In this document: in pieces, positions 8,891 to 18,021 of the stretch
Position numbering within the stretch: position 1 is the first letter of the stretch
Layout of the letters: each line of letters opens with the position of its first letter
Assembly: GCA_934122395.1 (NCBI GenBank)
Contig: CAKOWQ010000003.1
Span: 186,299-250,298 of the forward strand
DNA length: 64,000 nt
Direction of reading: 5' to 3'
Origin: an uncultured Bacilli bacterium
Lineage (GTDB): Bacteria > Bacillota_I > Bacilli_A > RF39 > UBA660
Notes under the pieces: model-generated
Databases searched by the model: none
The model's input: the letters and a program-made list of their open reading frames with translations, nothing else
Told to the model about the DNA's origin: nothing
Position numbers and translations under genes: made by a program

Positions 8891-9569
8891 AGATGATAAT
8901 TATGTTATATATTATCCTGATGCTTTAGAGGAGTTTGTAAATGATATGATAATTTGTACTAAGGCACAGATAAATAATATATATACTTTCTTTAATGTAA
9001 AAAATCTTAGAAAAATTCAAGTTAATTTATTTGATAATATAGATGAATTTAGAAAATTTGTTATTGATTTGCGTAGTGGTGATGAAAAATCATTACCTCA
9101 GTATGCAAAGGGAACTTTTGATGATGGGATGATTAATGCTTATATTGAACCTAACTTCATTAAAACTTCTAGTCTTTATGAAAAAAGAAAACGCATGATG
9201 CTACATGAAACTGTTCATTTGATATATAATGAAATTCTTTTAATGAATAATTTTGATAATAGAGTAGTATGGCTTGATGAAGGCCTTGCTCAAAACTTAT
9301 CTTTAGAAGAAGAGAAAAATGATAAAAAAATTAAGCAAAGTATTATTTCTAACAATATAGCAATTGATATAAATGATTTGAGTCATGGGGATATTTTTAT
9401 TACTAGTGAATATAACGGTTATGATTTATCATATTTTGCAGTTAGATATTTATTAGATACTTTGAATAGTAAACAAATAATAGAAATTATAAAAGATAAA
9501 GATAAGGCAATTAAACTTGGTAAGACAATAATTATAGACGCAATTAATTTTTATAAAAGGAGAGTATAA
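8874..9569 (+). CDS. Zinc metallopeptidase-like protein (HExxH ... EGLA; Peptidase_MA_2-like)
   Basis: LHETVHLIY (HExxH) followed by WLDEGLAQ; start MKKKYEDD with AAGGAGAAG RBS, overlapping the upstream gene. Confidence 0.5.
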   Translation: MKKKYEDDNYVIYYPDALEEFVNDMIICTKAQINNIYTFFNVKNLRKIQVNLFDNIDEFRKFVIDLRSGDEKSLPQYAKGTFDDGMINAYIEPNFIKTSSLYEKRKRMMLHETVHLIYNEILLMNNFDNRVVWLDEGLAQNLSLEEEKNDKKIKQSIISNNIAIDINDLSHGDIFITSEYNGYDLSYFAVRYLLDTLNSKQIIEIIKDKDKAIKLGKTIIIDAINFYKRRV

Positions 9570-9570
9570 T

Positions 9571-10587
9571 ATGAAAGAATTTATAACTAATGATAATAAT
9601 TTAAAAGAAGAAGATGTAACTGAAATAGTAAAGAGAGTAAAAGTATTAATAATTAATTCAAGTAATGAAGTGTTACTAGGATATTCTCACAATGATTATC
9701 AATTCCCTGGGGGACATGTTGAAGATGGTGAAACTTTGTTAGATACTGTTAATAGAGAAGTTATGGAAGAAGTAGGGATTAACTTAAATGTTAAAGAACT
9801 AAAACCTTTTGCAAAGATGATAGGTTATTATAAAGATTGGCCAGCAATAGGGAAAAATAGAAAAATCGAAATATATTATTATGAAGTTAAAACTGATGAA
9901 AAACCTAACTTGGATAATTTGCAGTTAACTGAGTATGAAAAGGATGGGGGATTTTGTCTTAAATATATTCCTCTTGAAAATATAGAAGAAGAACTTATTA
10001 ATAATATCAATATATATAGTGATAAACATGGTATAACCAAAGAAATGTTAGAGGTGCTTGAGTATTATAAAAAAGAAAAAAGCAAACTAAAACTCGAAAA
10101 TTTGAAATGTGTAGATAATAATATTGATTTGGATAAATACATAAATTTTTATAATAAATTAAAAGCAACTATGGAAGATCCGTCATGGTTAGGAGATTTT
10201 ACTAAAACCGATATAGAATTTATACTAAATAATGGTGGTAAGATATGGATTTATTATTTAAATAATGATCCTGTTTGTTCTATGATGTATATTCCATCTT
10301 CTATAAAAAGTTGTCAAAAACTATTAGATGGTAAGTATGATTATAGAGAAGTTATAGATTATGGCCCTATGATGGTATGGTGCGATTATTTTGGTAATAG
10401 TCTTCAATATCAAATGTTAGAGGTATTAGATGAGTATTCAAGAAATAATGGCAAGAAATATGCTGTTAGCACAGTTCATCCTGATAATGTTTATTCTATT
10501 AATAATTTATTAAAAGATGATTTTAAACATATTGGTACTAAAACTTTTACTAGAGGAGAAAGAAATATATATTTCAAAGCACTTTAG
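9571..10587 (+). CDS. Nudix hydrolase domain fused to a C-terminal GNAT-like domain
   Basis: Nudix box GGHVEDGETLLDTVNREVMEEVGI; C-terminal about 150 aa has an acetyltransferase-like fold signature. Confidence 0.6.
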   Translation: MKEFITNDNNLKEEDVTEIVKRVKVLIINSSNEVLLGYSHNDYQFPGGHVEDGETLLDTVNREVMEEVGINLNVKELKPFAKMIGYYKDWPAIGKNRKIEIYYYEVKTDEKPNLDNLQLTEYEKDGGFCLKYIPLENIEEELINNINIYSDKHGITKEMLEVLEYYKKEKSKLKLENLKCVDNNIDLDKYINFYNKLKATMEDPSWLGDFTKTDIEFILNNGGKIWIYYLNNDPVCSMMYIPSSIKSCQKLLDGKYDYREVIDYGPMMVWCDYFGNSLQYQMLEVLDEYSRNNGKKYAVSTVHPDNVYSINNLLKDDFKHIGTKTFTRGERNIYFKAL

Positions 10588-10688
10588 ACAATTAATTTAC
10601 ACTTTTTTACTTTTCGCGTTTCTATAATCCGTTGCTTGTTTTTATAATCTATGTTAGGATCAAAGTATAAAATAAGGGAGGATATGTA

Positions 10689-12140
10689 ATGAAAAAGAAA
10701 AGCTTATTTATTTTTATATGTGCTGTTATATTTTCTTTAGGAATGGGTGTAGATGCTAAAGAAATAACAGTATGCTCTGATGCAGCAACTTGTGATTATA
10801 CAGTTTTAAGAGATGCTACTGATGCTTCAATTGCAGGGGATGTAGTAAAATTAAAAGAAAATACTACTATAACTAGAGGAGTGTTATTACATAGTGAAAC
10901 TACATTAGATTTAGGTGGATTTACATTAACAGCTGAACCTGGTACATTTATTGCGGTAATAAACGGTAATAAAGATGTTAAAATTGTTAATGGTACAATT
11001 GAATTAAACAATGCTGCTAATGCTACAGGGCAAAATGCTAATGTGGTAATGCAAGGTGTTACTACTAAAGATGGAGCTACTACTTCATTAACAATTGCTG
11101 AAGACGTTACTATTAATTCAAATTTAAATGGTATTGTTATTCAAGCAGAGGATAAAGAATCATACAACACAATTTTAAATCTTTATGGTAAAATTAATGC
11201 TAAAGAAGTAGGTATTACAATTAATGGTTTTATTAGTGTTGTTGATGCACTTCAACCGGTAGTTAATATTTATGAATCTGCATCAATTAAAACAACAGAA
11301 GGACCTGCAATATATGCTGCTGGTTACGGAAGCTGGAACATTTATGGAGGATACTTTGAAGGAACAGAAGCTGTAAGTGTCAAATCAGGTAATATTAATA
11401 TATCTGGTGGTACTTTTAAAGCAATTGGTGAATATAAGGAAACGCCAACAGTAAATAATCGTGGATGGGAAGATACAGGTGCCGCTTTATCAATTACTTC
11501 GAGTACGAATTCTTATGCTAAAAATGTTACATTAAAAATTACTGCAGGACAATTTATAAGTAAAAATGGTCACGCATTATATGAGGGAATAACTGATGCT
11601 AATACTTCTGCTATAGTAAATGCAAGTATTACTGGTGGTATATTTACTTCAGCTACAGGAAAAGATAGTGTTAAAATCACTTCTAATAGTGATACTTTAA
11701 ATGGAGTTATTACTGGAGGAACATTTAGTACTACTCCAAGAGAAGAATTAGTTAATTCTAATGTTTCATCTTCTACTTTGGATGATGGTACTGTATTAGT
11801 TGGTTCTAAACATGGAATTACTGTAGGAACAATTGAAAATGGTATTGTAACTTTAGATAAAAACGTTGGAATTAAAGGTGAATTAATCAAACTTACTATT
11901 ACCCCAAAAGAAGGGTATGAAATAGATAAGATTGAAGTCTTGTGTGATGGTGATGAAGTATTAAGAACTGATAACGGATTTATTATGCCAGACGGTGACG
12001 TTGAAGTAAAAGTTACATTTAAGAAAGTTATTACTAATCCTAATACTTTTGATAATAGCTTAAATACATTGATAATATTAGGGGTTTGTGCATTAGGCGG
12101 ATTTATAACTTATAGAAAACTTGAAAAAAGTGCTAAATAA
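10689..12140 (+). CDS. Secreted beta-helix-like surface protein with C-terminal NPNTFDN sorting-like signal, TM segment and basic tail
   Basis: Signal peptide MKKKSLFIFICAVIFSLGMGVDA; repetitive Gly/Thr/Asn-rich segments typical of parallel beta-helix adhesins; C-terminus ...NPNTFDNSLNTLIILGVCALGGFITYRKLEKSAK. Confidence 0.6.
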   Translation: MKKKSLFIFICAVIFSLGMGVDAKEITVCSDAATCDYTVLRDATDASIAGDVVKLKENTTITRGVLLHSETTLDLGGFTLTAEPGTFIAVINGNKDVKIVNGTIELNNAANATGQNANVVMQGVTTKDGATTSLTIAEDVTINSNLNGIVIQAEDKESYNTILNLYGKINAKEVGITINGFISVVDALQPVVNIYESASIKTTEGPAIYAAGYGSWNIYGGYFEGTEAVSVKSGNINISGGTFKAIGEYKETPTVNNRGWEDTGAALSITSSTNSYAKNVTLKITAGQFISKNGHALYEGITDANTSAIVNASITGGIFTSATGKDSVKITSNSDTLNGVITGGTFSTTPREELVNSNVSSSTLDDGTVLVGSKHGITVGTIENGIVTLDKNVGIKGELIKLTITPKEGYEIDKIEVLCDGDEVLRTDNGFIMPDGDVEVKVTFKKVITNPNTFDNSLNTLIILGVCALGGFITYRKLEKSAK

Positions 12141-12152
12141 TGAACGATTTTA

Positions 12153-12177
12153 AAAGACTTAGTTATAAGTCTTTTTT
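12153..12177 (+). terminator. Rho-independent terminator
   Basis: AAAGACTTAGTTATAAGTCTTTTTT. Confidence 0.65.
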
Positions 12178-12194
12178 GCTTGAAGAGATAAAAC

Positions 12195-12292
12195 TGGACA
12201 AAATTTAAAAAGTGTGGTATAATCTGTCTCATTGAAGCGCTAGTATAGGCTTTTATAGTTTTTGTACTGCGCTTTTTATTTTTGGAAATGTC
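12195..12292 (+). promoter_or_regulatory. Promoter (TGGACA-17-TGTGGTATAAT) followed immediately by hairpin plus U tract; possible tiny sRNA or attenuator
   Basis: -35 at 12195-12200, extended -10 at 12213-12223; stem AGCGCTAGTA...TACTGCGCT plus TTTTTATTTTT at 12235-12285; a second promoter (TTGCAT 12309-12314, TATATT 12331-12336) precedes the downstream gene. Confidence 0.35.
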
Positions 12293-12367
12293 AATTTTTG
12301 TTAGATATTTGCATTTTTAAAAAAATATGGTATATTTAGTATGTACTTACTAAATTAGGGGGTTAAT

Positions 12368-14323
12368 ATGGAAAACTTTAAAATTAATGAAAAAAAATTA
12401 GAAGAATTAGATAATACATCTATTTCTAAAAAACAATTAACAGGGTATGCATCTATTGATACACCTTGGATGAAGTGGTATAACGAATCATTAAAAGATG
12501 TTGATTTTAAACATACTAACTGTTACGATTACTTTTTTGAAGTAACAAAAGAATTTAATTGGCCATTATGGGAATATTATGGTCGTAAATATACTGTTAA
12601 GGACATAAAGAAAGAAACGGATAAAATTATTAAAAAGTTAACAGCTATGGGTATTAAAGAAGGGGATACAGTATCATTTATATTCTTAAATGTACCTGAA
12701 ACTTTATTCTTCCATTTGGCATTATCTAAAATGGGAGCAATTACTAATTTAATTAAATTTGATGAACCTGCTGAACGTATTAAGTTCATGTGTGATTTAG
12801 CAAAATCTAGATATTTATTTGCAACAGAGATTCCACCTATTATAGATAATGTATTAGAAGCCTTAGATTTAGGTTGTGGTGTTGACCAAGTTATTTCTGT
12901 ACCGCTTACTGAAGCTATGCCTAAAGTTGCAGTATTAAACATGTTACATGAACAAAGTAAAAATAACATTCTAGAAGGTAAATCTACTGCTAATATATTG
13001 GTTGAAATGTCAAATCAATATAAAAGAACTCTTGAAATGCAAAAAAAATTGCAATCAAAGATTCTTACAAATCCACGTTTTATGACATATGATGATTGGA
13101 AGAAGAAATATAATGGGAATGACATGAATGTTATTACAGGTGGTGCTGATAACGTATCAGTTATTGTATATACTGGAGGTACTACTGGTAGTCCTAAAGG
13201 TGTAGAATTAACTAATGATAATTTAAATGCAAGTTCTCATGCTTTTACTAGAAGTGATATGGACTTTGATCCAAAAAGAACTTCTATGAGTATATTACCA
13301 CCATCAATTGCTTATTACTTCAATGCTACATACCAATTAATGTGTTGCGGTGTTAGTGTTAATTTGATTTCTAACTTTACTGTTCCAGAATATCCAAAAT
13401 TAATCGCTAAACATAAGCCTAATATATTTATGGCTGGTCCAATATTATTAAAAGAAATAGCAAAAGCTGATATTATGGATGATGTATCATTTATGATTGC
13501 ACCAATATCAGGTGGAGATAAATTAGAAGTATCTTTAGAGGAAGCATTTAATAATTACTTAAAAGAACATAATGGAGACACTATAGTTCGTCAAGGTTAT
13601 GGTTCAAGTGAATGTACTGCTGCTGCTACTTATATTAATAGACATGCAGCTAAATCAGATTGCCTTGGAAGTATTGGTATACCATTAATAGATATGACAG
13701 TTGCTATATTTGATTATATTCCATATGATGAATTCGATATGAATAATTTGGAAGAAAAGAAATATGGAGAAATAGGTGAGATTTGTATAACTGGACCTAC
13801 AGTAATGAAAGGTTATAGAGACAATCCTGAAGCAACTAATCAAGTGTTAAGAACGCATAAAGATGGTAAAGTATGGTTACATACTGATGACCTTGGATTT
13901 ATGGATGAGGATGGTAGAGTATACCACCGTGGTAGAGCTAAACGTATGCTTACAAGATCTGGTTCTAAAGTATGGTTATCACCTATAGAAGATGAGATTT
14001 CTAAACATCCAATGGTTGATGCTTGCTGTTGTGTTAAACTAGCTGATGAAGAAGAAAGTGAAGTTCCAGTAGCTCATATCGTATTAAAAGATGGTGCTTC
14101 ATTTGAAGAAGTTGCAAATGAATTGGATACCATGGTATCTAAAAATAATCCAGAAGTATATGTTCCAAAATATTATGTTAAACGTGATGAATTGCCAGTT
14201 ACAGAAGTCAACAAAAAAGTTAACTTTAGAGCATTAGAAAGTGAAGATATCTTTGATACCAAAGATTATTCAGTAAATGGTAAATTAATTACTAAGAAAA
14301 ACAAAGTAAAAGTTATGAAATAA
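12368..14323 (+). CDS. AMP-dependent synthetase/ligase (acyl-CoA synthetase-like adenylating enzyme)
   Basis: AMP-binding motif YTGGTTGSPKGV; 651 aa; GGGGG RBS. Confidence 0.8.
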   Translation: MENFKINEKKLEELDNTSISKKQLTGYASIDTPWMKWYNESLKDVDFKHTNCYDYFFEVTKEFNWPLWEYYGRKYTVKDIKKETDKIIKKLTAMGIKEGDTVSFIFLNVPETLFFHLALSKMGAITNLIKFDEPAERIKFMCDLAKSRYLFATEIPPIIDNVLEALDLGCGVDQVISVPLTEAMPKVAVLNMLHEQSKNNILEGKSTANILVEMSNQYKRTLEMQKKLQSKILTNPRFMTYDDWKKKYNGNDMNVITGGADNVSVIVYTGGTTGSPKGVELTNDNLNASSHAFTRSDMDFDPKRTSMSILPPSIAYYFNATYQLMCCGVSVNLISNFTVPEYPKLIAKHKPNIFMAGPILLKEIAKADIMDDVSFMIAPISGGDKLEVSLEEAFNNYLKEHNGDTIVRQGYGSSECTAAATYINRHAAKSDCLGSIGIPLIDMTVAIFDYIPYDEFDMNNLEEKKYGEIGEICITGPTVMKGYRDNPEATNQVLRTHKDGKVWLHTDDLGFMDEDGRVYHRGRAKRMLTRSGSKVWLSPIEDEISKHPMVDACCCVKLADEEESEVPVAHIVLKDGASFEEVANELDTMVSKNNPEVYVPKYYVKRDELPVTEVNKKVNFRALESEDIFDTKDYSVNGKLITKKNKVKVMK

Positions 14324-14331
14324 AGTGTCAA

Positions 14332-14367
14332 AAAGATGATTTTTATATAGATAAATCATCTTTTTTT
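14332..14367 (+). terminator. Rho-independent terminator
   Basis: AAAGATGATTTTTATATAGATAAATCATCTTTTTTT. Confidence 0.65.
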
Positions 14368-14393
14368 GTTATAATAATAATAGAGGTGACGAT

Positions 14394-16190
14394 ATGAATA
14401 GTATAGCTTATACAATAATTTCATGTATATTTAGTATTATTCTATTAATTGTTTATTTTAGCAAAGAAAGAATCAATTATATAGAAAACAAAATTTACTC
14501 AATAATAGTAATTACAACATTTGTAAGTTGCTTTACTGAGATAGTTAGCTTTGTTTTAGTTAAGAGTGGAGTATCAGCTTCTTCACTACTATATCATTAT
14601 GTTATTAAGTTATTGTTTTTAGGCTTTTTAACATGGCTTTATTTGTTTACTCTTTATACGGTTGCGGTTGGTCGAAAACTAAGGGGTGTACTAAGAGACA
14701 ATGCTCTACCTGCAAGAAAACTTACGGCAGGTTTTGTTTTAATAGCTTTAATAGTTCTTCTTTTACCGCTTCAAATAATAGAAACTAATGGGCTATTATT
14801 ACCAGTTGGTACTAGTGTTATGTTAATCTATATTTTAGCAATGATGTGTATTATTGTAATGATTATATCGATGATTTTAGGAAGAAAAAACTTAAGAAGC
14901 AGAAAATATATTCCTTTATATTTGTTAATATTTTTCTTTTCTGTAGTTTTACTTGTTCAAAAATTATTACCAGAATTATTTTTAATAAATCCGGCTTTTG
15001 TAGTTATTACTTTCTCAATGTATTTTACTATTGAGAACCCTGATATGAATATGGTTGACGAATTAATTGAAAATAAAAAACTAATTGAGCGAGCAGCTGA
15101 AGAAAAATCTATTTTCTTATTTAAAATGAGTCAAGGATTAAAAGAACCAGTTAATGCAATCGACAAGCAAATTAAAATATTTGAATCTAATAATTTGACT
15201 AAAAAAGATGTAGCTATTCTTATGGAAAATATTAATCAAAATAATCAGAAGATGAGTTATCTAATTAACGATGTTATAGGACTTAACTCATTTAACAATA
15301 ATATTAAAAAAGTAGAGAATACGTATAATATTTATTCGTTATTGGAAGACGTAAGAGTTCGTTCTAAAGGATATATTGCTAAGAATATAGATTATAGTTT
15401 TACTTCAGTATCAAGTATGCCTAAAGAGTTATATGGAGATGCAATTAAATTAAAACAAGTACTAATGTCTGTTATAATTAATGCTAGTAAAAATACTAAG
15501 AGTGGTTATATTCATGTAGATGTTAATTCATATACTAAGTTTGATATATGTAGACTAGTAATTATGATTGATAGTTCTAGTGATATAAGTATTAAAAAGA
15601 TTAATGAAATTCTAAACCAAGATTTAGAAATTTCGGATAAGGATTATTTAAAAATAGAAAAACTAGATGTTGATTTACCACTTGCTTATAAGATTATCAA
15701 ATCAATTGGTGGTACAATGTTCATTAAGAGTGAAGATGACAAAGGAAGCCGTGTTACTATAACTATTGACCAATATATCGTTGATAATGGTGAGATGAAA
15801 TTAAATAGTAAAGTAGATGCATACTTAAAAGCTCGTTCTAATTTTAAAAGAGTTTTAGTTGTTGATGATGATGAACAAGAGTGTAGGAAAATTAAAACTG
15901 CATTAGAAAAGATGGGATATGAAGTATCAGTTTCTATGTTTGGTAATGATTGTATAGAACGTATTAAAAATGGTGAAAAATATGAGTTTCTTTTAATAGA
16001 TGATGAACTAGAAGAGATGAGTGCTTTAAGTGTTATTCAAGCGATTGATGGATTAAAAGATAAAAGTAAGCGAATAGTAATGCTTGAAGAAGATAAGTTG
16101 TTTATTGCTAAGCATTATTTAAAAGATGGATTCTATAATTACATAGATAAAACTAACTTAATAGAAGAGCTAAAAAATAAATGCCATTAA
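14394..16190 (+). CDS. Membrane-bound hybrid sensor-kinase-like protein with C-terminal receiver domain; H-box is degenerate (Gln in place of the phospho-accepting His)
   Basis: About 6 N-terminal TM helices; dimerisation/H-box-like MSQGLKEPVNAI (canonical SHELRTPL); HATPase-like region (G-rich GGTMFIKSEDDKGSRV); receiver VLVVDDDEQE...FLLIDDELEEM. Confidence 0.6.
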   Translation: MNSIAYTIISCIFSIILLIVYFSKERINYIENKIYSIIVITTFVSCFTEIVSFVLVKSGVSASSLLYHYVIKLLFLGFLTWLYLFTLYTVAVGRKLRGVLRDNALPARKLTAGFVLIALIVLLLPLQIIETNGLLLPVGTSVMLIYILAMMCIIVMIISMILGRKNLRSRKYIPLYLLIFFFSVVLLVQKLLPELFLINPAFVVITFSMYFTIENPDMNMVDELIENKKLIERAAEEKSIFLFKMSQGLKEPVNAIDKQIKIFESNNLTKKDVAILMENINQNNQKMSYLINDVIGLNSFNNNIKKVENTYNIYSLLEDVRVRSKGYIAKNIDYSFTSVSSMPKELYGDAIKLKQVLMSVIINASKNTKSGYIHVDVNSYTKFDICRLVIMIDSSSDISIKKINEILNQDLEISDKDYLKIEKLDVDLPLAYKIIKSIGGTMFIKSEDDKGSRVTITIDQYIVDNGEMKLNSKVDAYLKARSNFKRVLVVDDDEQECRKIKTALEKMGYEVSVSMFGNDCIERIKNGEKYEFLLIDDELEEMSALSVIQAIDGLKDKSKRIVMLEEDKLFIAKHYLKDGFYNYIDKTNLIEELKNKCH

Positions 16191-16218
16191 AGATGTCAAG
16201 TTGACATCTTTTTTTTAT
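16191..16218 (+). terminator. Rho-independent terminator
   Basis: AGATGTCAAGTTGACATCTTTTTTTTT. Confidence 0.7.
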
Positions 16219-16284
16219 TTTTTTTATAAAAATATTTTTTGGGTGTTTACAAAACTAAGTATTAATTATACTATAATAGTAGCA

Positions 16285-16308
16285 GTGGTTGATTGTGGTG
16301 AAAAGTGG
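16285..16308 (+). promoter_or_regulatory. MraZ operator: three GTGG direct repeats at exact 10-bp spacing, just downstream of the mraZ promoter -10
   Basis: GTGG at 16285, 16295 and 16305; -35 TTTACA (16248-16253) and -10 region around 16271-16279. Confidence 0.7.
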
Positions 16309-16316
16309 GGGATTTT

Positions 16317-16760
16317 ATGTTAATAGGTGAATATCATCATAATATTGATGAAAAAGGACGAATTATTTTACCTTCTAAGTTCCGTGAAGACTTAGGAGAC
16401 GAATTTTTTGTAACACGTGGTCTTGAAGAATGCCTATTTGTCTATCCAAAAAATGAATGGGAAAAAATCACCAAAAAACTAAAATCACTACCTTTTACGA
16501 AGAAGGACGCTCGTAGTTTTACGAGATTCTTCCTTTCAGGCGCTACTGCAACAGTATTTGACAAACAAGGTCGAATCAATATTACCTCTCCATTGACCTC
16601 TTACGCCGGCTTGAAAAAAGAATGTGTAGTTGTCGGCGTAGGGGATCGCCTTGAAATTTGGGCTGAAGACAAATGGAATGATTTTTATGAGACTAATAAA
16701 GAAGAAATGTCAAATATTGCTGAAGATCTATTTGATTCAAATTGGGAATCGGGTGAATAG
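16317..16760 (+). CDS. mraZ: Transcriptional regulator MraZ
   Basis: MLIGEYHHNIDEKGRIILPSKFRE matches the MraZ N-terminus; duplicated DxxxR-like halves; start ATG 16317 with GGGGGA RBS (ORF-track start 16305 is a GTG inside the operator). Confidence 0.9.
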   Translation: MLIGEYHHNIDEKGRIILPSKFREDLGDEFFVTRGLEECLFVYPKNEWEKITKKLKSLPFTKKDARSFTRFFLSGATATVFDKQGRINITSPLTSYAGLKKECVVVGVGDRLEIWAEDKWNDFYETNKEEMSNIAEDLFDSNWESGE

Positions 16761-16762
16761 TT

Positions 16763-17686
16763 ATGCATGTTAGTGTTTTACTTGAAGAAGCAATCCAAGG
16801 TCTTAATTTGAAAGATGACGGTATCTACGTTGATTGTACATTAGGATATGCTGGACATTCCAGCGAAATTTTAAAGCGAGTAAGAAGGGGTTGTCTTTTC
16901 GCCTTTGACCAAGATAGTGATGCTATTAAGTATAGTAGGGAAAAGCTATCAAAGATAGGAGACAATTTTACTATTATATATAGTAACTTTGTTAATATTA
17001 AAGAAGAATTATTAAAAAGAGATGTCACTAAAGTAGATGGTATTTTATTTGATTTAGGTGTTTCATCAGTCCAATTAGATGAAGCAGATAGAGGCTTTAG
17101 TTATCATCAAGATGCACACTTAGATATGCGTATGGATAGAAATCAAACGTTATCTGCATATGGAGTTGTAAATAATTATGAAGAAACTAAATTAAGAGAT
17201 ATATTCTTTAAATATGGAGAAGAGAAATATTCTTCAAGCATTGCAAGAGCAATAGTAAAATATCGTGAAAACAAAAAAATAGAGACGACACTTGAATTAG
17301 TAGAAATAATTAAAAGTGCTATGCCTATGAAAGCCAAAAGAGATAAACATCCGGCTAGAAAAGTTTTCCAAGCAATAAGAATAGAAGTTAATCATGAGTT
17401 AGATATTTTGGATAAAGCAATTCGTGATTCACTTAGTCTATTAGATATAAATGGACGTCTTGCAATAATTACTTTCCATTCATTAGAAGATAGAATAGTA
17501 AAAAATATATTTAAAGAAGTTACACATATAGATGAAAGAGTAAAAGGACTGCCAAATATTCCGGAAGAATATTTAAGCAATTTTAAATTAGTAAATAACA
17601 AAGCAATAATTCCTAGTGATGCGGAACTTGATAATAATAATAGATCAAGAAGTGCTAAATTAAGAATAATAGAAAGAATAAGATAG
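16763..17686 (+). CDS. rsmH: 16S rRNA (cytosine1402-N4)-methyltransferase RsmH
   Basis: MraW/RsmH family signature (YVDCTLGYAGHS, FDLGVSSVQLD); follows mraZ. Confidence 0.9.
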   Translation: MHVSVLLEEAIQGLNLKDDGIYVDCTLGYAGHSSEILKRVRRGCLFAFDQDSDAIKYSREKLSKIGDNFTIIYSNFVNIKEELLKRDVTKVDGILFDLGVSSVQLDEADRGFSYHQDAHLDMRMDRNQTLSAYGVVNNYEETKLRDIFFKYGEEKYSSSIARAIVKYRENKKIETTLELVEIIKSAMPMKAKRDKHPARKVFQAIRIEVNHELDILDKAIRDSLSLLDINGRLAIITFHSLEDRIVKNIFKEVTHIDERVKGLPNIPEEYLSNFKLVNNKAIIPSDAELDNNNRSRSAKLRIIERIR

Positions 17687-17696
17687 GGTTGATAAC

Positions 17697-18008
17697 ATGA
17701 AAAAGAAAAAACGTATGAAAAAGATAGTTAGAATGGGAAAGTTTGAGAGACTTTTATATACTTTTACTATTGTCTTATTAGTAATTACACCTTTTGCTGT
17801 CGTTTTTTCTCAAGCAACTTTATCTAAGGTAAACTTCGATGTTGAAAAAGTAAAAAAGCAAATATCAACTCAAGAGAAGAAGAATGAATCTCTTGCTATG
17901 AAAGTTAATGAACTTGCTTCTCTTGATAATATTAAGACTGTTGCTGAGCAACAGGGATTGAGTTATAATAATAATAATATTAAATCAATTATTTCAAGTG
18001 ATGAATGA
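17697..18008 (+). CDS. ftsL: Cell division protein FtsL-like (single TM, coiled coil)
   Basis: 103 aa, basic N-terminus, one TM helix, coiled-coil tail; position between rsmH and the PBP gene. Confidence 0.65.
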   Translation: MKKKKRMKKIVRMGKFERLLYTFTIVLLVITPFAVVFSQATLSKVNFDVEKVKKQISTQEKKNESLAMKVNELASLDNIKTVAEQQGLSYNNNNIKSIISSDE

Positions 18009-18021
18009 TAGGTGAAAAAGT

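Noticed and set aside
10796-12969. Antisense ORFs 10796-11011(-), 11570-11890(-) and 12577-12969(-) in the beta-helix and AMP-ligase genes
   Set aside because: Fully embedded opposite well-supported genes. Their composition reflects the repetitive Gly/Thr/Val codons of the sense strand.
14846-15034. Same-strand 62-aa ORF inside the kinase-like gene (alternate frame)
   Set aside because: Out-of-frame overlap with a supported CDS; Phe/Ile/Tyr-rich artefact.
16825-17601. Antisense ORFs within rsmH
   Set aside because: Embedded in a conserved housekeeping gene; no signals.
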